From Phaeosaccion multiseriatum (lineage: Eukaryota; Protista; Ochrophyta, other classes): a DNA stretch of 64,000 bases. The notes beneath the pieces were generated by a model that ran no database searches, was not told the origin of the DNA, and worked only from the letters and a program-made list of their open reading frames with translations. The stretch is from assembly GCA_965112735.1 (NCBI GenBank), contig OZ218965.1, positions 2,357,548-2,421,547 of the forward strand, written 5' to 3'. Shown one piece after another: positions 47,238 through 57,000 of this stretch. Each line of letters starts with the position of its first letter. The stretch's first letter is position 1. The position numbers were made by a program, and so were the translations under genes.

Positions 47238-49144
47238 TGCATTCACCCCCACCTCCTGTGACGGCTGATGGTCCAGATGCTGCTCCACCGAATTCACGGC
47301 CACTTCCAGATGCTGCTCCACCGCATTCACGGCCACTCCCCCGCGCGGAGTGCGCAGACCACCACCACCACCACCACGGGCCCGCGTAGCCCCACCAGTA
47401 GAAGAGAGCGTAAGTGGGCTACCAGCCTGGAGCACCCGAGTCGCGGAAGGAAATGCCTTCTGGAAGGCGGCGTAGAAATCACTCCACGAGGGAGTCGCCG
47501 ACTCCCAGCGCAGCCAGAAGTTGGTCATGCCGTCAGTTAATGGCAACGAGCCGTGACGAAGCCGAATCTCGACCTCTGGCCGCAGCACCGCCAGCAGGCC
47601 CGTAACCAAGGCTTGCTCATCCGTGGCCTGCCCCGTCACCTGCGCCAGACACAGAGAGAGTTCCGCCAGCTTGGTGAGCAGCCTGGCGAGCGCCTGGTTC
47701 ACCTCGGCAGGAACGGTGGACGCTTCCAGAGGCTTGGCCTCCCGCACCAACGTCTGGACAAGCTGCTGGAGGCCGTCTCGCGCAACAGGAACGCCGAAGA
47801 GACGCAACAGACACCTCGCGAGCAATTGGAACTGTGCACTCTCCGTCTCCCACTCCAATGTGACGTGCTGGTCGCCCTCCATCCACGACGCACCCTTCTG
47901 AGCCTCCGCCAGGACAGTGGCCCGATCCACTGCACCCAAGTCGGCCAGCACTCGCTGCTCCATCACCCGCCCTTGGCCCGGAAGCACGGACCCAGTAGAA
48001 GTCAAGATCTCCTGTCCTTGCAGAATGCTCACCCAGTTGTACATGCGTGCGAGCACCACAGCACGAGGATGAGGCTGTCCAGCCGCATCGAATAGAGAGG
48101 GAAGTTTCTGCTCCTGGAGCACACGGATAGCACCCACGGGCAGCGTGATCGTCTGCACCGTATGACGGGCGGGCGCCTGCAGCACATCCAGGGCCTGCTG
48201 CCGTGCCCGCTCCCGCTCCCGTTCCATGTCCCGCTGTAGCATATCCTTAACCTGCTGCTGCAGCACCTCTACCCCCCCGGTGCGGCATCCTTAACCTGCT
48301 GGAGCTGCGCCGCTAACAGCTCCCGCTGCAACGTCTCCACCTCCAACTGGGCAGCACCCTCAGGCGGCCGCTTCGGCGGCGGCTGCGCCGCCATCTGTCG
48401 CTGCAGCTCCGCCGCCACCTGCTGCTGCAGCTCCACCGCAAACTTCCGCTGCTGCTCCGCCCCCCGCGAGAGCCGCAGCACCTCCAGTTCCCGCTGGAGG
48501 GCCGCCGTCTCCGCCTTGCTCTCCCGCAGTTGGGCCGCCATGAGCTGCGCAGCTTGGTGCTGCGTCAGCATCTCAAGCCCCTCCTGGAGAACCCGCGTGT
48601 CCTCCTGCTCCGGTGTCTTCTCTCCCTCCGCTGGCTGATCCACCACCCGAGCCCCGCCAGACGCACCAACAAGAGGGACCAAGGGCGTGCCAACCACATC
48701 CCACACCGTGCTCTCCTCCTGGCCCACCGACTCTGCATCCCCCGAGTCCTCCTGGCCCACCGACTCTGCATCCCCCGAGTGGAAGGAAACCTCCGACGCC
48801 GCCACCGTCAGCGGCCTCACCCCAGCAGCAGGAGGGGAAGCGGCAGCAGCCGTAATCGCAGACCCCTCAAAAAAAGAGGGCGACTCCAGGGACTCCTCCC
48901 CCCGACGCAACGCCGCCCGCACACGGTCCACAGCCCCAGGGCTGGCAGTGACCTCCGCAGGAGGAGCAGCAGCTTCCGATACCACAGACCCCACGTCCGC
49001 AGCACCACCATCAGCTCCACCGCCCTCAGCGTCACTCGTAGCGCCCTCCGCCGATGAAAGACTCAGGAAGTCCCCCTCCTCAGCCCTGGCCACCCTAGCA
49101 GCGTGGAACCGCAGGAAGTCCATCCCCGCCTCAGCCAGTGCCAC
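46902..49144 (-). CDS. gag: Element A Gag, in two ORFs (49144-48269 and 48266-46902) separated by a -1 frame change at a G7 run
   Basis: Coiled-coil-like N-terminal part; CMTCRRAGHGWIEC = CX2CX4HX4C knuckle; located just downstream of the 5' LTR. Confidence 0.85.
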
Positions 49145-49256
49145 CCTAGCAAGCCCAAAGCTGTCTACGGCCTAAAGCTGGGCAGCTGGAAGCAAAGCTC
49201 AAGCCAACACAATAAATCAGCCTCAAAGCTGGATCTCAGACCTGTGTCTTTCGGGT

Positions 49257-49265
49257 CTTCCGGGT
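49257..49265 (-). promoter_or_regulatory. Putative self-priming primer-binding site
   Basis: ACCCGGAAG abuts the 5' LTR, lacks the tRNA-type TGG, and is complementary to CTTCCGGGT inside the LTR (49337-49329). Confidence 0.7.
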
Positions 49266-49461
49266 TGTCGAAACTACCGACAGCTAGCCTCAAAGCCAAG
49301 CTAGAGCAGAGCAGGAGCTGAAGCAAGCACCCGGAAGCCAGCCCACACGCAGGCTGCGCTTCCTTCCTTTTATTACTGATTTACCGTCTAGTTGGCCCGT
49401 TTTCCGGCCGTTACACTACTGATTGGGTCCCCAAGGGACCCCAACTAGGCCACTTCTAACA
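49266..49461 (-). repeat. Element A 5' LTR
   Basis: TGTTAGAAGT...TTTCGACA; TAATAAAA box at 49375-49368. Confidence 0.97.
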
Positions 49462-51891
49462 GTTCATGGAGGGCCACCACACTCGCTCCTGCAGCGCATC
49501 CAGCATCCGCCCTGGCCCGTGATGGCCGCCTGAGACCGCATCGCCGTGCGTGGCATGCAGCAGGGCCGGCCTGAGCGCCTTGGGGACGCAGAGCTGCAAC
49601 CTCGTTCGCTCTACCCGCCACCGTCGCCCCCCGGGGGCCCACTTGCGGCGAAGGACGCCATCGCCATCGAGAGAGAACTCCCCCCCGCCCGCATCGAACA
49701 CCCCCTCGCCTGGGGAGGCTGCCAAGACCTTCTGACGCCACCCCTCCAACTCAGCGTCCTGCTGCTGCGCCTTCACCCACCACGCGGGCTGGTAAGTCCG
49801 AGCCCCATGCAATATGCGGGCTGCGCACGACTGCTCACCCACTGCCGGGGGAACACCAGGGAGGGACCACCCAAATTGCCGCGTAGCAGCCTGCCTTGCG
49901 GCCTCCACGTCTGCCAGCGCTGCTGCCTCGCTCGCCGCAGCCGCATGGGCATCGGTGTCAGCCGCTAGAGTCGCTCCAGCCTCTCGTCCCTCCACCCCCG
50001 TGGCCGAGCCGCCAACTGTGAGTCCGCCGCCTCCTCCTCCTCCTCCTCCTCCGCCTCCTCCTCCTCCTCCTCCTCCTCCTCCTCCTCCTCCTCCTCCTCC
50101 TCCTCCTCCTCCTCCTCCTCCACCTCCGCCGCCGCCGCTGCCGCCGCCTTCAACCCCTCCTCCGCCGCCTGCACCACCCGCACCGTCACCGCCGCCGGCT
50201 GTGGCGTCTGCTGGGGCCGCAGGCGGTGTGCGCTCCGCCTCCACCGTCGATGCACCCACCACGCCCGCGGCCTCGACGGCGGCAGGGATGTCCCACGCCA
50301 CACCTTGGGTTTGCCACTGCTGCTGGGCCTCTGTGGGGGTCACCATGGTGTAGTAGCCGCCCGTATCTGCGGCGATGGCACTCCACGTCTTCTCAATCAT
50401 AACCGCTCGAGGTAGTGACAGCTTGCCACGCCTCCGCGCCGCGGCCGGCCGATAGCGCGCCCTGAACTGCTCCACTGCGTCCATGAGCTCCGTCCAGGTC
50501 CACTGGGGATGTCGGTAAGAAAGAAGGATCAGGTCGATCATCTCCACTGACTTAGCGGTCGCTGAGAAAATGAAGAGCGGACTGGCGTGCTCCCGATCGG
50601 CCCAATACCCCACCCCGGCAGAGACGAACTGTCCTGCGCGCATCTCAGCACGCGTCACACCCGCCCCCCCGCTATCCACCGCGCTCACTTCCATCGCAGA
50701 CGGCACCGGAACTGCACAAGCCCGCATCTTCGGCAACAACTGTAGTAATGCGGCCACATCGTCGAAGGCATAGCTGAGCTGGGCCGCAGTGAGCTCCCGC
50801 TGAGTCCAATCCGTCTTCTGCTCCTCCTTGCTCATAAAACGCTGCAGGAACATACTAACCAGGTCTGCTAAGCCAATGGGACGGCAGTGCTCAGGCCACA
50901 CCTCCTTGAATAAATGCGTCGTGTCGACCAAGTTGGCGATGGTCCACACATGCGGCGCCAACGCCGGCCACTTCCCTAGGGCACGCTGGTCGTGACTCCA
51001 GTGATGCGCCAGCTTCATAATCCCCCCGTCGCCCCACAGCTCACTCAGCACCGCCGCCAGCGCCTCCATACCACCATTGCCACTCAAACTGTCCAAATCC
51101 ACCCAGAACCCACAATCACGCTCCGAATTGGCGACGCCGCTATACTGAACACCCAACTGCAGCAGAGACGCCGGCCGAGGAGGAGTGCGTATAGCCCACT
51201 CCGAGTCCATGGCCACCACTGTCGCCTCCCGCAGTGCCGCTCGCATGTCCCACACCTGCTCCTCCGTGCGTATGTACGTGCACCGCGCTGCTGGCACGTG
51301 GCTGAGAAACAGCGGCAGCTGAGACCACTCCTCTATCACCCGTTTCTTCTCGTTGATGTGGGACAGGGTCACTGGAGCCCAGCCACATTGCCGCATCTGC
51401 TCCACGTGCTGCAGCCGAGCCGACCCGAAGCCGCCTGGCGCCTCGACCGCCACACTGTCCACGCACAGCGCCTCCAAACCTGCCGACGCCTGCTGTCTCG
51501 CCGTGACCGACGAGAGCCCCTCCATAGGCACTGACTGAGCCGCCACCGCCTCCCCTTGCAACTGCTGCGCCGCGGCAGCAAACCGCAGCACCGCACCTTC
51601 CACCGGATCCTCCCACCCTAACGCGAGGGTGTCACCCACCACATCCACCAACGCCACCTCCACTCCCACCGCATCACACCACTCAGTCACAGGCAAGGGG
51701 TCGCGTGACAAGCAGTCAGGCACCACAAGCTCCCGCCCCGGTTTGTGGACAAACTTGAGATGATGAGCAGAGAGCCGTTCATACCACCGAAAGAGCTTGG
51801 AGTTGGTGTCCTTGTGTGTCGCCAGCCACAGCAATGGTTGGTGGTCCGTCACCACCGTGCAGGGATGGTGGCAAATGTACATGCTCAACTT
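49462..51891 (-). pseudogene. Element B pol middle part: RNase H C-terminus, DEDDy exonuclease, unknown domain, poly-Gly linker, start of integrase zinc finger
   Basis: VVTDHQPL..DCLSR; VAMDSEW, HHWSHD, DWTQREL..QLSYAFDD; HATH..GGHHG; reading frame open throughout. Confidence 0.9.
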
Positions 51892-52084
51892 GCGACCTAA
51901 GCCGCTTAGACAAGTGGTAACCCTTGATATATTATACGGGATGGAACCCGTTTGCAAGCCCTGCTGCTAGGCTCTCCTTATACCAAGATCACCGTTCTGA
52001 CGTCCTCCTCCACTCAGAATCTACGTAATATAGGACACACCGACCATTGACTTATGGTCCTTCTCGCTCCGAGGCCTTCCAACA
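51892..52084 (-). repeat. Element B 5' LTR (U5 end deleted)
   Basis: Matches 34844-35036 with 2 substitutions; joined directly to RNase H codons. Confidence 0.92.
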
Positions 52085-54001
52085 CAGTGGAGAACCACTT
52101 CGTCCGAGGCCTCAGGACTCGAGAACCACTTGAGAACCACTTCGTCCGAGGCCTCAGGACTCGAGAAACCACTGGAGAATCACTTCGTCCGAGGCCTCAG
52201 GACTCGAGAACCAGTGGAGAACCACTTCGTCCGAGGCCTCAGGACTCGAGAACCACTTGAGAACCACCTCGTCCGAGGCCTCAGGACTCGAGAACCAGTG
52301 GAGAACCACTTCGTCCGAGGCCTCAGGACTCGAGAACCACTTGAGAATCACTTCGTCCGCGGCCTCAGGACTCGAGAACCAGTGAAGAACCACTTCGTCC
52401 GAGGCCTCAGGACTCGAGAACCAGTGGAGAACCACTTCGTCCGAGGCCTCAGGACTCGAGAACCAGTGGAGAACCACTTCGTCCGAGGCCTCAGGACTCG
52501 AGAACCACTGGAGAACCACTTCGTCCGAGGCCTCAGGACTCGAGAACCAGTGGAGAACCACTTCGTCCGAGGCCTCAGGACTCGAGAACCACTGGAGAAT
52601 CACTTCGTCCGAGGCCTCAGGACTCGAGAAACAGTGGAGAACCACTTCGTCCGAGGCCTCAGGACTCGAGAACCAGTGGAGAACCACTTCGTCCGCGGTC
52701 TCAGGACTCGAGAACCACTTGAGAATCACTTCGTCCGCGGCCTCAGGACTCGAGAACCAGTGAAGAACCACTTCGTCCGAGGCCTCAGGACTCGAGAACC
52801 AGTGGAGAACCACTTCGTCCGAGGCCTCAGGACTCGAGAACCAGTGGAGAACCACTTCGTCCGAGGCCTCAGGACTCGAGAACCACTGGAGAACCACTTC
52901 GTCCGAGGCCTCAGGACTCGAGAACCAGTGGAGAACCACTTCGTCCGAGGCCTCAGGACTCGAGAACCACTGGAGAATCACTTCGTCCGCGGCCTCAGGA
53001 CTCGAGAACCACTTGAGAACCACTTCGTCCGAGGCCTCAGGACTCGAGAACCAGTGGAGAACCACTTCGGCCGCGGCCTCAGGACTCGAGAACCACTTGA
53101 GAACCACTTCGTCCGAGGCCTCAGGACTCGAGAACCACTGAGGCCTCAGGACTCGAGAACCAGTGGAGAACCACTTCGTCCGCGGCCTCAGGACTCGAGA
53201 ACCAGTGGAGAACCACTTCGTCCGATGCCTCAGGACTCGGGAACCAGTGGAGAACCACTTCGTCCGAGGCCTCAGGACTCGAGAACCAGTTGAGAACCAC
53301 TTCGTCCGAGGCCTCAGGACTCGAGAACCACTTGAGAACCACTTCGTCCGCGGCCTCAGGACTCGAGAACCACTTGAGAACCACTTCGTCCGCGGCCTCA
53401 GAACTCGAGAACCACTTGAGAACCACTTCGTCCGAGGCCTCAGGACTCGAGAACCACTTGAGAACCACTTCGTCCGAGGCCTCAGGACTCGAGAACCACT
53501 TAAGAACCACTTCGTCCGAGGCCTCAGGACTCGAGAACCAGTGGAGAACCACTTCGTCCGCGGCCTCAGGACTCGAGAACCACTTGAGAACCACTTCGTC
53601 CGAGGCCTCAGGACTCGAGAACCACTTGAGAACCACTTCGTCCGAGGCCTCAGGACTCGAGAAACAGTGGAGAACCACTTCGTCCGAGGCCTCAGGACTC
53701 GAGAACCACTTGAGAACCACTTCGTCCGAGGCCTCAGGACTCGAGAACCAGTGGAGAACCACTTCGTCCGAGGCATCAGGACTCGAGAACCAGTGGAGAA
53801 CCACTTCGTCCGAGGCCTCAGCACTCGAGAACCAGTGGAGAACCACTTCGTCCGAGGCCTCAGGACTCGAGAACCAGTGGAGAACCACTTCGTCCGAGGC
53901 CTCAGGACTCGAGAACCAGTGGAGAACCACTTCGTCCGATGCTTCAGGACTCGAGAACCAGTGGAGAACCACTTCGTCCGCGGCCTCAGGACTCGAGAAC
54001 C
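52085..54001. repeat. 42-bp subtelomeric satellite, distal block (~45 units)
   Basis: Same unit as 34508-34836; abuts the telomere. Confidence 0.97.
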
Positions 54002-57000
54002 TTAGGGTTAGGGTTAGGGTTAGGGTTAGGGTTAGGGTTAGGGTTAGGGTTAGGGTTAGGGTTAGGGTTAGGGTTAGGGTTAGGGTTAGGTTAGGGTTAG
54101 GGTTAGGGTTAGGGTTAGGGTTAGGGTTAGGGTTAGGGTTAGGTTAGGGTTAGGGTTAGGGTTAGGGTTAGGGTTAGGGTTAGGGTTAGGGTTAGGGTTA
54201 GGGTTAGGGTTAGGTTAGGGTTAGGGTTAGGGTTAGGGTTAGGGTTAGGGTTAGGGTTAGGGTTAGGGTTAGGGTTAGGGTTAGGGTTAGGGTTAGGGTT
54301 AGGGTTAGGGTTAGGGTTAGGGTTAGGGTTAGGGTTAGGGTTAGGGTTAGGGTTAGGGTTAGGGTTAGGGTTAGGGTTAGGGTTAGGGTTAGGGTTAGGG
54401 TTAGGTTAGGGTTAGGGTTAGGGTTAGGGTTAGGGTTAGGGTTAGGGTTAGGGTTAGGGTTAGGGTTAGGGTTAGGGTTAGGGTTAGGGTTAGGGTTAGG
54501 GTTAGGGTTAGGGTTAGGGTTAGGGTTAGGGTTAGGGTTAGGGTTAGGGTTAGGGTTAGGGTTAGGGTTAGGGTTAGGGTTAGGGTTAGGTTAGGGTTAG
54601 GGTTAGGGTTAGGGTTAGGGTTAGGGTTAGGTTAGGGTTAGGGTTAGGGTTAGGGTTAGGTTAGGGTTAGGGTTAGGGTTAGGGTTAGGGTTAGGGTTAG
54701 GGTTAGGGTTAGGGTTAGGGTTAGGGTTAGGGTTAGGGTTAGGGTTAGGGTTAGGGTTAGGGTTAGGGTTAGGGTTAGGGTTAGGGTTAGGGTTAGGGTT
54801 AGGGTTAGGGTTAGGGTTAGGGTTAGGGTTAGGGTTAGGGTTAGGGTTAGGGTTAGGGTTAGGGTTAGGGTTAGGGTTAGGGTTAGGGTTAGGGTTAGGG
54901 TTAGGGTTAGGGTTAGGGTTAGGGTTAGGGTTAGGGTTAGGGTTAGGGTTAGGGTTAGGGTTAGGGTTAGGGTTAGGGTTAGGGTTAGGGTTAGGGTTAG
55001 GGTTAGGGTTAGGGTTAGGGTTAGGGTTAGGGTTAGGGTTAGGGTTAGGGTTAGGGTTAGGGTTAGGGTTAGGGTTAGGGTTAGGGTTAGGGTTAGGGTT
55101 AGGGTTAGGGTTAGGGTTAGGGTTAGGGTTAGGGTTAGGGTTAGGGTTAGGGTTAGGGTTAGGGTTAGGGTTAGGGTTAGGGTTAGGGTTAGGGTTAGGG
55201 TTAGGGTTAGGGTTAGGGTTAGGGTTAGGGTTAGGGTTAGGGTTAGGGTTAGGGTTAGGGTTAGGGTTAGGGTTAGGGTTAGGGTTAGGGTTAGGGTTAG
55301 GGTTAGGGTTAGGGTTAGGGTTAGGGTTAGGGTTAGGGTTAGGGTTAGGGTTAGGGTTAGGGTTAGGGTTAGGGTTAGGGTTAGGGTTAGGGTTAGGGTT
55401 AGGGTTAGGGTTAGGGTTAGGGTTAGGGTTAGGGTTAGGGTTAGGGTTAGGGTTAGGGTTAGGGTTAGGGTTAGGGTTAGGGTTAGGGTTAGGGTTAGGG
55501 TTAGGGTTAGGGTTAGGGTTAGGGTTAGGGTTAGGGTTAGGGTTAGGGTTAGGGTTAGGGTTAGGGTTAGGGTTAGGGTTAGGGTTAGGGTTAGGGTTAG
55601 GGTTAGGGTTAGGGTTAGGGTTAGGGTTAGGGTTAGGGTTAGGGTTAGGGTTAGGGTTAGGGTTAGGGTTAGGGTTAGGGTTAGGGTTAGGGTTAGGGTT
55701 AGGGTTAGGGTTAGGGTTAGGGTTAGGGTTAGGGTTAGGGTTAGGGTTAGGGTTAGGGTTAGGGTTAGGGTTAGGGTTAGGGTTAGGGTTAGGGTTAGGG
55801 TTAGGGTTAGGGTTAGGGTTAGGGTTAGGGTTAGGGTTAGGGTTAGGGTTAGGGTTAGGGTTAGGGTTAGGGTTAGGGTTAGGGTTAGGGTTAGGGTTAG
55901 GGTTAGGGTTAGGGTTAGGGTTAGGGTTAGGGTTAGGGTTAGGGTTAGGGTTAGGGTTAGGGTTAGGGTTAGGGTTAGGGTTAGGGTTAGGGTTAGGGTT
56001 AGGGTTAGGGTTAGGGTTAGGGTTAGGGTTAGGGTTAGGGTTAGGGTTAGGGTTAGGGTTAGGGTTAGGGTTAGGGTTAGGGTTAGGGTTAGGGTTAGGG
56101 TTAGGGTTAGGGTTAGGGTTAGGGTTAGGGTTAGGGTTAGGGTTAGGGTTAGGGTTAGGGTTAGGGTTAGGGTTAGGGTTAGGGTTAGGGTTAGGGTTAG
56201 GGTTAGGGTTAGGGTTAGGGTTAGGGTTAGGGTTAGGGTTAGGGTTAGGGTTAGGGTTAGGGTTAGGGTTAGGGTTAGGGTTAGGGTTAGGGTTAGGGTT
56301 AGGGTTAGGGTTAGGGTTAGGGTTAGGGTTAGGGTTAGGGTTAGGGTTAGGGTTAGGGTTAGGGTTAGGGTTAGGGTTAGGGTTAGGGTTAGGGTTAGGG
56401 TTAGGGTTAGGGTTAGGGTTAGGGTTAGGGTTAGGGTTAGGGTTAGGGTTAGGGTTAGGGTTAGGGTTAGGGTTAGGGTTAGGGTTAGGGTTAGGGTTAG
56501 GGTTAGGGTTAGGGTTAGGGTTAGGGTTAGGGTTAGGGTTAGGGTTAGGGTTAGGGTTAGGGTTAGGGTTAGGGTTAGGGTTAGGGTTAGGGTTAGGGTT
56601 AGGGTTAGGGTTAGGGTTAGGGTTAGGGTTAGGGTTAGGGTTAGGGTTAGGGTTAGGGTTAGGGTTAGGGTTAGGGTTAGGGTTAGGGTTAGGGTTAGGG
56701 TTAGGGTTAGGGTTAGGGTTAGGGTTAGGGTTAGGGTTAGGGTTAGGGTTAGGGTTAGGGTTAGGGTTAGGGTTAGGGTTAGGGTTAGGGTTAGGGTTAG
56801 GGTTAGGGTTAGGGTTAGGGTTAGGGTTAGGGTTAGGGTTAGGGTTAGGGTTAGGGTTAGGGTTAGGGTTAGGGTTAGGGTTAGGGTTAGGGTTAGGGTT
56901 AGGGTTAGGGTTAGGGTTAGGGTTAGGGTTAGGGTTAGGGTTAGGGTTAGGGTTAGGGTTAGGGTTAGGGTTAGGGTTAGGGTTAGGGTTAGGGTTAGGG

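Larger units (their letters stand above)
36973..49461 (-). mobile_element. Element A: full-length (~12.5 kb) Ty3/gypsy chromodomain LTR retrotransposon carrying a DEDDy exonuclease
   Basis: Identical 196-bp LTRs (36973-37168, 49266-49461; TG..CA), PPT, gag zinc knuckle, PR-RT-RH-exo-IN-chromo order. Confidence 0.97.
34837..52084 (-). mobile_element. Element B: internally deleted Ty3/gypsy chromodomain LTR retrotransposon inserted in the satellite, interrupted at 36656-49461
   Basis: LTRs 34837-35036 (TG..CA) and 51892-52084 (7 nt clipped, 2 substitutions seen). TSD CAGT at 34833-36 and 52085-88. Retains partial RNase H, exonuclease, integrase and chromodomain. Confidence 0.93.

Noticed and set aside
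36973-49461. Telomere-maintaining retroelement (HeT-A/TART/TRAS-like)
   Set aside because: It is an LTR element inserted in the satellite, not at or in the telomeric repeat, and a normal TTAGGG tract is present
49456-51957. 833-aa stand-alone exonuclease gene as given by the ORF track
   Set aside because: The N-terminus is LTR sequence fused by deletion and the C-terminus is cut by the nested insertion; it is a fragment of element B pol
52068-52078. TCCGAGGCCT shared between element B LTR and the satellite, suggesting homology-guided targeting
   Set aside because: Only ~10 nt, present in just one of the two LTRs, and not at the insertion point; could be chance
52085-54001. CRISPR-like array, or a repeat-protein gene (ORFs ENHFVRGLRTREP..., WFSSPEASDEVV...)
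   Set aside because: No unique spacers, only point variants of a 42-bp unit; eukaryotic context with no cas genes. ORFs are open in several frames on both strands because 42 is a multiple of 3
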